Source of the DNA: a virus | Direction: 5' to 3' (one strand) | Virus record (IMG/VR): IMGVR_UViG_3300038701_001532 | Location: 1 to 33,953 of that record | Length of the DNA stretch: 33,953 nt | Shown: piece by piece, positions 14,334 through 21,238 of the stretch | Layout: every line of letters begins with the position of its first letter | How positions within the stretch are numbered: position 1 is the first letter of the stretch | Made by a program: the position numbers and the translations under genes | Notes under the pieces: generated by a model | The model's input: the letters and a program-made list of their open reading frames with translations, nothing else | What the model was told of the DNA's origin: nothing | Database searches by the model: none

Positions 14334-14473
14334 GATTATTTGATTTTTTTACTCCTTGATTTGTGACGCTCGCAATACACAAAATTGATTCTGTCTTGCC
14401 GACAATACGCAATGAAAACTCGAAGCTATTTTTAAACGTCGAGTTATCACTAAGTCAGGTGTCTTTTATTTAT

Positions 14474-14487
14474 AACCACTAGTGGTT
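14474..14487. repeat. Perfect 14-bp palindrome AACCACTAGTGGTT
   Basis: Read directly from the sequence; it is self-complementary. Confidence 0.8.
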
Positions 14488-14489
14488 GT

Positions 14490-14513
14490 AATGTTTCACG
14501 GAATGTTTCACGG
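14490..14513. repeat. Perfect tandem duplication of the 12-mer AATGTTTCACGG
   Basis: 14490..14501 and 14502..14513 are identical. Confidence 0.85.
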
Positions 14514-14545
14514 TTGGGCGGAAAGTTTTCGCCCAAATCGCACAG

Positions 14546-14562
14546 GTGACAAATTTGGTCAC
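14546..14562. repeat. Core-type near-palindrome GTGAC-AAATTTG-GTCAC (candidate recombinase crossover site); includes the right copy of the 11-bp inverted repeat
   Basis: Two 5-bp inverted arms flank a 7-bp AT-rich spacer. This is the geometry of tyrosine-recombinase core sites. Confidence 0.45.
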
Positions 14563-14573
14563 ATTGAAACCTT

Positions 14574-14673
14574 GCTACATTCGCTACATTGCTACATAGG
14601 GTTTACATTGCGTTGCATTAAAACCCCATATCACGGGCTTTAAGCTACATGGGGTTTACATAGGGGTTTACAT
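14574..14673 (+). repeat. Cluster of 7 same-orientation YTACAT repeats (4 x GCTACAT, 3 x GGGTTTACAT); iterons or arm-type sites
   Basis: GCTACAT is at 14574, 14583, 14591 and 14644. GGGTTTACAT is at 14599, 14652 and 14664. Spacings between successive units are 8-12 bp, with one 42-bp gap. Confidence 0.75.
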
Positions 14674-14739
14674 TGCAGCGCGGCGAACTGGTAAGGATTA
14701 CTTGATAGTTGAGCTATTAGAGAATTCCTAATAACTCAT

Positions 14740-14775
14740 TTTCGTAAAGTGCCGTTTTACGAAATACATTTCGTA
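14740..14775. repeat. Overlapping inverted repeats built from the TTTCGTAA motif
   Basis: TTTCGTAAA (14740..14748) pairs with TTTACGAAA (14756..14764). TACGAAAT-ac-ATTTCGTA is at 14758..14775. A fourth TTTTCGTAAATGCC copy lies at 15220..15234. Confidence 0.6.
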
Positions 14776-14838
14776 GTTCGCCCCCAACAACACGTTTTTA
14801 TGTTAGGCAGTATTCCGGTAATCCCGGATAACTGAAAC

Positions 14839-14868
14839 TTATCATTTGTTATCATTTGTTATCATTTG
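14839..14868. repeat. Three perfect tandem copies of TTATCATTTG
   Basis: 14839..14848, 14849..14858 and 14859..14868 are identical. The last unit covers the stop codon of the 14862..15128 ORF. Confidence 0.85.
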
Positions 14869-15128
14869 CCAAAGCATGAGCAATGCCACCACTTACGCCC
14901 ACGCTTTTTGCTTTCTTGTTTATCTTGCACTGATTCAACGTCGGTTTTGGTTATGCCGTATTCCCCTTCGATCTTAAACTTATGGGTTATGGTTTGATTG
15001 TGGTTATGGCTGTTTATGGTTTCATGCACATCAAGCTTGGTCGCTGTGTGCTCTGCATCAACAACCGGCTTTAACTCTTTTATAGCTGCCTGTGCTACAG
15101 CTGCCACCAATGGCGCACCTTCTATCAT
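14862..15128 (-). CDS. Hypothetical protein in moron position between the lysis genes and the att-like region
   Basis: 88-aa ORF with a strong GGGGG RBS 6 nt upstream. It has a His-rich centre (SHNHNQTITH) and a basic Cys-containing tail (KKRGRKWWHCSCFGK). Confidence 0.6.
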   Translation of the reverse strand: MIEGAPLVAAVAQAAIKELKPVVDAEHTATKLDVHETINSHNHNQTITHKFKIEGEYGITKTDVESVQDKQESKKRGRKWWHCSCFGK

Positions 15129-15273
15129 AACAACCCCCTTTTTGGTTCGTTACCTATATTAACTATGGCTGTTATTTTTAGGTTTGTCTAGCGGCTAACA
15201 CTTACGATGATTTTCGTAAATGCCTAGTTAACGACACTTCAAAAGGGTACAAAAGTGCTTCAAAGCAAAACTA

Positions 15274-15297
15274 AAAGGTGTCGGATTAGCCACCTTT
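15274..15297 (-). terminator. Possible rho-independent terminator after the lysis cassette
   Basis: AAAGGTG-(10 nt)-CACCTTT. On the minus strand it is followed by TAGTTTTGCTTTG. Confidence 0.35.
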
Positions 15298-15402
15298 AAG
15301 ATGTGGCCTACATAGTGGGGGTGTTGAAATTGCTAAGGTTTAGATACTGGCTCGTAAGCAAGGAGTGCTTTAAGGCAAATGGATTTTGCGCGAGTCAGAC
15401 CA

Positions 15403-15609
15403 TTAGCTATTTTCTCGCTTCCAAGCTTTCAGATCTTCAACAATCATTGCCTGACACCATACAAATACAACAATGTCATGCTTGCTGATAGGCTCACAAA
15501 CTAAGCTACCTTGTGGCGCATAACCTTTTAGTATTGCAATTTTAACTGAGGCCATGAGTTCTTGCCATGAGCTACCTTGCACAACTATATATGGATCTTT
15601 AGGTTGCAT
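15403..15609 (-). CDS. DUF1737-like small protein
   Basis: 68-aa ORF. Its ATG directly follows the stop of the upstream small ORF (TAAATG). For the shared pattern see the 12444..12680 entry. Confidence 0.5.
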   Translation of the reverse strand: MQPKDPYIVVQGSSWQELMASVKIAILKGYAPQGSLVCEPISKHDIVVFVWCQAMIVEDLKAWKRENS

Positions 15610-15753
15610 TTAGTAGATGTCCTTATCAGCAACTAAATTATGTAATACCATGCACCAAAACAAGTATTCTAAAATGTCAGGTATAAAATGCGTTGATACC
15701 GTAATGGCAAACGCACATATACCAACAAGTATACTAGTCGCTAGACTCTTCAC
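15610..15753 (-). CDS. Possible small membrane protein (47 aa, GTG start; not in the ORF track)
   Basis: Manual translation gives (V/M)KSLATSILVGICAFAITVSTHFIPDILEYLFWCMVLHNLVADKDIY*. It has one or two hydrophobic helices and fills the gap between the flanking genes exactly. The GTG start overlaps the upstream gene by 20 nt. Speculative. Confidence 0.3.
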   Translation of the reverse strand: MKSLATSILVGICAFAITVSTHFIPDILEYLFWCMVLHNLVADKDIY

Positions 15754-16039
15754 TGTTCGGGCTAAAATCTAAATTAATGGTTCCATCTTCTAAGTTAAAC
15801 TTTTCTTCGATGTGATCCTCGACGTATTCCTCGGCCATTTCTTCGACGTGATTATCATCGCCAAGGACAAATTGCGAGCCTATACCTAGCGCCGCAACAG
15901 CTGCCAATACAATTAACACAATAGATAAGTCGTATAGCTTCATTTTCTCACCCCATGAAAGTTTTAATATAAGATGCATTATCGAACAGATTACAACCGT
16001 TGCCAGAATTATAGCTACACTAAAAATAATACTATTCAT
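15734..16039 (-). CDS. Putative holin (2 TM helices and an acidic C-terminal tail)
   Basis: 101 aa from the ATG at 16039, which overlaps the upstream stop by 8 nt. TM segments are SIIFSVAIILATVVICSIMHLIL and LSIVLIVLAAVAALGIGSQFVL. The C-terminus is strongly acidic. A second in-frame Met (MKLYD) lies just before TM2. Confidence 0.45.
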   Translation of the reverse strand: MNSIIFSVAIILATVVICSIMHLILKLSWGEKMKLYDLSIVLIVLAAVAALGIGSQFVLGDDNHVEEMAEEYVEDHIEEKFNLEDGTINLDFSPNSEESSD

Positions 16040-16508
16040 AATAACCACCCACAAACAGATCCCACAACCTATAAAACCTATCTGGCGTTGCATCACCCTT
16101 GTATGTGTTGTAATGCTCTTTGTAGATGTCCCACATGGCTTTTGCATTGTTATAGTGTGGCAATGGCTCAGGCTTAATCCAAAACTTTAGCCTAGCAATG
16201 CAGATAGATAAGCGAAGATTCCAGACGATCGCCTCAAATGGCGGCATGATTTCAAGATAACACGCACTTAAGATCGTTTCTTTTAAGTCGGTTCGGCGGT
16301 TCAGATAATCAAGCAGATCGTAGTATGTGGCCTTTTCGATCTGGTTAAGACTCAACGCCCCACCGCCCCCAACTTGTTGCAAATAGGTTAGATTGCTCTC
16401 AACCAGAGGTATGATCATGTATAAGTTTTCGGCTGACTTTGACCACATGTTAACCGCTTTAAGCGTGGGTCTAAGCACTAGTTCCCTGTAATGCTTTGGT
16501 TCAATCAT
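16032..16508 (-). CDS. Putative lysozyme-like / lytic transglycosylase-like endolysin
   Basis: 158-aa ORF at the tail/lysis junction. PLVESNL (Glu-Ser) followed by GGGGALSLNQIE resembles the catalytic E-S and GLMQ-type motifs of SLT-fold enzymes. The resemblance was judged by eye only. Confidence 0.4.
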   Translation of the reverse strand: MIEPKHYRELVLRPTLKAVNMWSKSAENLYMIIPLVESNLTYLQQVGGGGALSLNQIEKATYYDLLDYLNRRTDLKETILSACYLEIMPPFEAIVWNLRLSICIARLKFWIKPEPLPHYNNAKAMWDIYKEHYNTYKGDATPDRFYRLWDLFVGGYYE

Positions 16509-16510
16509 AA

Positions 16511-17659
16511 TTATTGAGGGTTGTAAGCAGCTATTCCCGCCGCATCACTGTACCCCGTTATTCTCCCTTGGCTGTCGAATATTCTAGCTATAGTGTCACT
16601 AGCTGGCGCACCATTTGGGCTAGATGTTTCATAGATCATAAACCCGCCTTCGTTTGTGCTCGCTATCGTTCCATACCTCGTGCCACCATCAAAACAAAAA
16701 TCTACGTGACTATGCTTGTTATCCGTTAAGCGTGGCACTTTGTCAGCGTCAGGCTCATAATCTGAACCCGCAAATTTTCCATCAGATAGGGACACCTGCA
16801 TTGCGCCGTCAGCTGGCCACCTTGTGGGGGTGTCTATTGGGCAACCCTCATCAGAGTTAACAACGCATGCCCCGCCGGGTGTTACTGAATACTGCAAATC
16901 AATATCGGGTGGTGTTCTTGTATAGGTTCCAATCCAGCGACCTACACCCCCGTTAAAAGTTGGGTCATAGGTTGTTGAGATCGAAACATAACTAAACCCC
17001 ACGATGCCCGGTATTTGCTCAAGCAAGTTAAGCGGTGTTGCCCCGTACCTAACAGATCCACCAACCGCGCCTACGGTTTTCCATCTTTGCCCTAGCTCGA
17101 ATTGCTGATCTGGCGGGGGTTCGCCGTCATAATCAAGCCATGCATCAGGTGGTAAAAATGTGCCATCGGTTCTAATCTCTAAATCTGTCCCCGTGTCACA
17201 ATCTGTCATGCCGTCAAGCTTCTTTAAAAAGCCATTGCCGTAATTCTCAAGCTGGCCTATGCCACTATGTGCATCTGATGGCGTGTACCTTGATGGGGAA
17301 TCCTCACCGTCAATCAGATCGGTTGCGTCGTATGTGTTTTCGCCAGATCCGTAAGCACTACGATACGGGTTGCGTGGATCTACTCCGCCGTTTTTCTCAG
17401 CATCTTGATCGACTGCCTCGTCACCATTCTCAGGCTTAAGTGTTCCATTCTCTTTTTGTGAGTCTTTGAGCGTCGTACCTGTTTGACCGCCACCGGGGGC
17501 GCTGCCTGACTGACCGCTTACGCCGTTTTGACTGGCATTAAAGTAACCTATGCCACGTTTAGCGCCTATATTTTCCTTGCGGGTCGCTGAGCCTAACACC
17601 TTTCTAGTACGGTCATAACCTACAATTTCGCGCAAATCTCGTTGATATTTATTACCCAT
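16511..17659 (-). CDS. Tail-associated structural protein (possible receptor-binding or tip protein)
   Basis: 382-aa ORF and the last gene of the tail block. It has a Gly/Ser/Asp-rich low-complexity N-terminal third. Its start overlaps the upstream stop (ATGA). Confidence 0.5.
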   Translation of the reverse strand: MGNKYQRDLREIVGYDRTRKVLGSATRKENIGAKRGIGYFNASQNGVSGQSGSAPGGGQTGTTLKDSQKENGTLKPENGDEAVDQDAEKNGGVDPRNPYRSAYGSGENTYDATDLIDGEDSPSRYTPSDAHSGIGQLENYGNGFLKKLDGMTDCDTGTDLEIRTDGTFLPPDAWLDYDGEPPPDQQFELGQRWKTVGAVGGSVRYGATPLNLLEQIPGIVGFSYVSISTTYDPTFNGGVGRWIGTYTRTPPDIDLQYSVTPGGACVVNSDEGCPIDTPTRWPADGAMQVSLSDGKFAGSDYEPDADKVPRLTDNKHSHVDFCFDGGTRYGTIASTNEGGFMIYETSSPNGAPASDTIARIFDSQGRITGYSDAAGIAAYNPQ

Positions 17660-19674
17660 TAAAACACCACCGTTAAATCATCGTTTGGAATCTCAACGTT
17701 ATATGTTGCCGCTGCACTTGCTACTTGTTCTTGTCTAATTTCTTCGGGTATCTCTGGCACGTCAACTATAAACTGCTCTGTAAATGATGACCTGAAAAAC
17801 TGACCGGGGGCAAACCCATTACCTATGTAACCATTCCAATTAGCCGCCGCGTCAGTCGTTGGATCTTCAGCGTAATGATTGCCTAATACAATCGTGCCGC
17901 TTGGATAGTTCACTGTTGGCGCTGGGGGCGTTGGTCTAACCAAGGATGAATTGCTAGCAGATCCAACCGCCTTGCTAAGCACTAGGGTAAGCTCTGTTTG
18001 AGCCTCGCCCGTTCCTATGTCTAGGCTGTGATTAATCTTAAATACCTTGCCTTTGCCTTGCAGCAAATCGGTGTCGATCTCAACGGTATGTTGAAGGTCA
18101 ATAACTGGCCATATAGAACGATTGATAACGATTCTTGTATCGCGATGCGTGCCAAGTATGGTTGTTTTGGCGATGTTCAATGCAGTATTAACCGCCGCAT
18201 CAAATGTCGCTCTGTTCGTGTCTTGGTTTATGTAGTACGTTGTATCACCGCCCGACTCATTGCCATATGCTGTGTATTTTTCCCACTCCGAAGCGTCAAA
18301 TTCTGCCTGAGCTGCATAAGCGTTGTAACCCTCGACCGTGCCAAACTGTGCTTGTGATTGAGGCGCTTGCACGCTTAGCGTGTATTCTTCAGTCATGGTT
18401 TGCGACCATCTAGTAGAAGCTGTCCAGCTCGCCCCCATGCAGTAAAGCGGCGCAAAGTTAGTACCGCCTGTAATGCGTGTTTCGGTCACGTTGTTACCGT
18501 CTGCGTCTTTAACGGGGTTGCCGTCAGAGTCTTTAACAACGGTGGTTGTACCCGTATACGAAACAGTCGACCATCCAATATAGCCACCAACGCAGCCATA
18601 CCACCCGCTCGGCCAGATAGGAACAAATGTTATGTCATTCTTAAGAGGCCAGCCAGATGACTGGATAGCGGCGCGAATCATATCTCTAAACGTCAACGAA
18701 TAGCCCGACTGCAATATCAAACATATGTTGCCAGCGATTGGCGATGTCCAAGAAAAGTTGCGATCCATTTGATGCAATCTTTCATAACGATATTGGAATG
18801 TAATATTGATCTTGTTCGTGATGTTTGAGCGGCTTGTCAGCTCAACACGTGGGGTTGAATAGAATACGTCGGCATCATCAAGTACATAATCGGCGGTGGC
18901 CTTGGCTGCCCATGCAGTTAGGTGATAGTTTCCGTAAGCATCAAAATCAACCGAATATGGGATCGTTGAGAGTCTTTGCTCTAATGCATCGGCTGTATCA
19001 TCGATATCAGGGAATATGATGCTTGAAAAGTAACCAATACTATTTACGCCAGTAGCTAACTGATTATTGATTCGCTCGGTTCGTCTGTCAGTACATCTTA
19101 GGGTTATCTTTTTGCCGATGATATCAATCTCTGGTATGTCAACTGTGCCGGTAAATACCCTGAACGTGCCGCTATCTGTCCTTATGTCACAGGTAACAGG
19201 TTTGCCACGATAGAAATCAAAGTCTTGTGTGCCAGATGTTGGAATAAGTGTAACGGTCATAATCGCCGCTGTGTTTTCGGTTCGCTCAACGTCTATAACC
19301 CCGTGGATCTGTTCTTTGGGTATCTGGCTTGAGCCAATAACAAGCGTTGCATCCCACCCCGTTCTAGTAAGGTGTGTAGAAACCAATTCGACGTTTTGCT
19401 CAATGCTTATCAGGTTGCCGCTTTGTTCATTTGCGACTTGCTGCTCAATGCTAATGAGTTCGCCAGATCCAACAGTCCACAGTATTACGTCTTGCTCAAG
19501 GCTAATGATTTCACCTGAGCCAATAAAACCGACGTTTTGCTCAATGCTTATGAGGTTGCCGAGCGCCTCAGTTTGGGTATTTTGCTCAATGCTAATGAGT
19601 TCGCCAGATCCAGACTCATAGAACGTTGCGGCTGCATTGACTGGCGCGGCATTAAGTATGGATGCATTAGTCAC
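17659..19674 (-). CDS. Large distal tail protein with N-terminal LISIEQN repeats
   Basis: 671-aa ORF, the largest tail gene after the tape measure. Its N-terminus carries five copies of a G-x-(L/I)ISIEQ motif. Confidence 0.6.
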   Translation of the reverse strand: MTNASILNAAPVNAAATFYESGSGELISIEQNTQTEALGNLISIEQNVGFIGSGEIISLEQDVILWTVGSGELISIEQQVANEQSGNLISIEQNVELVSTHLTRTGWDATLVIGSSQIPKEQIHGVIDVERTENTAAIMTVTLIPTSGTQDFDFYRGKPVTCDIRTDSGTFRVFTGTVDIPEIDIIGKKITLRCTDRRTERINNQLATGVNSIGYFSSIIFPDIDDTADALEQRLSTIPYSVDFDAYGNYHLTAWAAKATADYVLDDADVFYSTPRVELTSRSNITNKINITFQYRYERLHQMDRNFSWTSPIAGNICLILQSGYSLTFRDMIRAAIQSSGWPLKNDITFVPIWPSGWYGCVGGYIGWSTVSYTGTTTVVKDSDGNPVKDADGNNVTETRITGGTNFAPLYCMGASWTASTRWSQTMTEEYTLSVQAPQSQAQFGTVEGYNAYAAQAEFDASEWEKYTAYGNESGGDTTYYINQDTNRATFDAAVNTALNIAKTTILGTHRDTRIVINRSIWPVIDLQHTVEIDTDLLQGKGKVFKINHSLDIGTGEAQTELTLVLSKAVGSASNSSLVRPTPPAPTVNYPSGTIVLGNHYAEDPTTDAAANWNGYIGNGFAPGQFFRSSFTEQFIVDVPEIPEEIRQEQVASAAATYNVEIPNDDLTVVF
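19390..19611 (-). repeat. In-frame internal repeats encoding GSGELISIEQ (x3) and GNLISIEQNV (x2); two of the units form a 141-nt duplication
   Basis: ACGTTTTGCTCAATGCTTAT(C/G)AGGTTGCC is at 19391..19419 and 19532..19560. TTGCTCAATGCTAATGAGTTCGCCAGATCC also occurs twice, 141 nt apart. Confidence 0.85.
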
Positions 19675-19685
19675 TAGCTGCCCCT

Positions 19686-20606
19686 TTAGTAATTCCGTCT
19701 AAGCAAGTGAAACTTACTACCAATAGAGAAAACGCCGCCAGACACGGCAAGTTTAGCCTCAACTAATGTATAGGTTGTATCCTTCCAATTGCCCGATCCA
19801 GTTTGCTTTTTACAATGCCCGAATGAAATTGCATTCATAATATCCCAGTTACAACTAAACCATTTAGCCGCGTCTTTTTCTCTAAGCATGACAAAACCCT
19901 CGATTGTTCTAGGTGTGTCAGCCGATAAATCGCTACAAAGTACAATGTTTGATGCAGATGTCGACCTGTTGTTTGTAAATGTGGCCGAGTTAGAATTTGT
20001 TTCTCTTTGGGTGTACTGGTAGTTTGATGCGCCGTATGTTGTTCCGCTGTCATCATAAGCAACGGTTAATAGTAGTGTCGCCGTTGAGTTATGCTGAACC
20101 CTATCTAGTACGATCTTATAAGTTCCAGCTGTTGAGATATCAAAAGTAACCTCGGCGGTTGTGCTTCCTAGTGTCTGCGTTTCAACGACGCTAAACTCAC
20201 CCCCACCACTAGCCGCAAAGGGTATCAGGTTGCCGCTAGCATCAAACTTAAGTTGGTCATTTTCTGAGGGAGCGCCACCACTAAAATCAACATCGCTCAA
20301 GTTTTCAAACTTAAAGCTTTCGGCTGTTGGTCTACACTCGACAGGTACTAAGCTTGCAAATGCCACGCCGCTTGTACCATCTTGCCCACGCTCAACGGTT
20401 AAAGTGCCTGAGCTGTCAGCGGTTACGTGGATTACTTCAATGTCTGAGCCGTCATCAATTGTCAGAGCAACATAATCATACGAGCTTAGCAGTGTGTTGA
20501 TAGTCCCGCCGGTATCTGCAATATCAATTGATGTTGCTACGTTGGTTATAGCCCCGTCTAACGTTGTTGCATAGTTATTTAAATAGCCTCTAGTGCCTGT
20601 AGCCAT
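19686..20606 (-). CDS. Tail structural protein (unknown role)
   Basis: 306-aa Thr/Ser/Gly-rich ORF in the distal tail block. No motif recognised. Confidence 0.5.
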   Translation of the reverse strand: MATGTRGYLNNYATTLDGAITNVATSIDIADTGGTINTLLSSYDYVALTIDDGSDIEVIHVTADSSGTLTVERGQDGTSGVAFASLVPVECRPTAESFKFENLSDVDFSGGAPSENDQLKFDASGNLIPFAASGGGEFSVVETQTLGSTTAEVTFDISTAGTYKIVLDRVQHNSTATLLLTVAYDDSGTTYGASNYQYTQRETNSNSATFTNNRSTSASNIVLCSDLSADTPRTIEGFVMLREKDAAKWFSCNWDIMNAISFGHCKKQTGSGNWKDTTYTLVEAKLAVSGGVFSIGSKFHLLRRNY

Positions 20607-20608
20607 TG

Positions 20609-21235
20609 TTAAACCTCACTTTCTACAACTTCGTTAATGAATACGCCGAGTTCAGGCTGTCCCGTGTTGTTGCGTACGGTGGTAACTGCATTAGTAACAC
20701 GCAAGTTAACCTCAACTTTATTTGCTGAGCCGCTTGTAATAGTTGTACCTAAGTTCATAGCCGCGCCAGCTGTAGCCCCTGAGAGGCCGCCAGATGTCGA
20801 AGCGAGCTTAATCTCTGTGGTGGCATGCTTTGCCCCTTTAAGAGTCCAAACCGCCGTGCCATCTGTTACGGTTGAACCTATGCCGGTAGTTGGCCATGTG
20901 GGTTCGGTCGTGGCGTGCGATGTCCCCGCCGTTGTACACTCGTACACGTTGCCATTGGGCGTGCTAGGCTCGATGTAGTCCCCTAGCGTGTACGCTGTTG
21001 CAACTACCCATCCATCGATTGTATCCGTGGGGGTGATTGTAATTTGGTCTGTGCCGGGGTTTGATGTCGCCTCTAGCTGTCTGGTTCCCGCTGTTTCAGC
21101 CGAACCGAAATACAAAACAAAATCTTGCGGGTTATCGCTTAGATCTGTTTGGTGTGTAAGCTGGTACAACCCCGAAAATGGGGTTGTTAAACTTGAGTCT
21201 GTAAATAGTCCAAAAGTTAAATCTGATAAAGCCAT
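20609..21235 (-). CDS. Tail structural protein immediately downstream of the tape measure gene
   Basis: 208-aa ORF. It contains YECTTAGTSHATTEPTWPTTGIGSTVTDGTAVWT, a motif I recall from phage virion proteins. The assignment rests on position. Confidence 0.5.
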   Translation of the reverse strand: MALSDLTFGLFTDSSLTTPFSGLYQLTHQTDLSDNPQDFVLYFGSAETAGTRQLEATSNPGTDQITITPTDTIDGWVVATAYTLGDYIEPSTPNGNVYECTTAGTSHATTEPTWPTTGIGSTVTDGTAVWTLKGAKHATTEIKLASTSGGLSGATAGAAMNLGTTITSGSANKVEVNLRVTNAVTTVRNNTGQPELGVFINEVVESEV

Positions 21236-21238
21236 TGA

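Noticed and set aside
14574-14673. Possible CRISPR array suggested by closely spaced repeats
   Set aside because: The repeats are only 7-10 bp long with spacings of 8-12 bp. There are no unique spacers of about 30 bp, no leader and no cas genes. Iterons or binding sites are a far better reading.
14132-14861. tRNA, tmRNA fragment or small RNA gene in the att-like region (a common attP feature)
   Set aside because: I found no cloverleaf-compatible segment and no GTTCGAATC-type T-arm with a CCA end. A covariance-model scan was not possible, so this is an absence by eye only.
16040-16147. N-terminal 36-aa extension of the holin-like ORF (137-aa version in the track)
   Set aside because: It lies inside the upstream 158-aa gene, and the extension is Cys/Thr-rich and non-protein-like. 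The ATG at 16039 gives a compact two-TM protein with a small overlap.
18028-19621. Several plus-strand ORFs (64-130 aa) antisense to the 671-aa tail gene
   Set aside because: They are Cys/Ser/Arg-rich low-complexity translations without RBS. They are antisense shadows of a long, well-supported structural gene.
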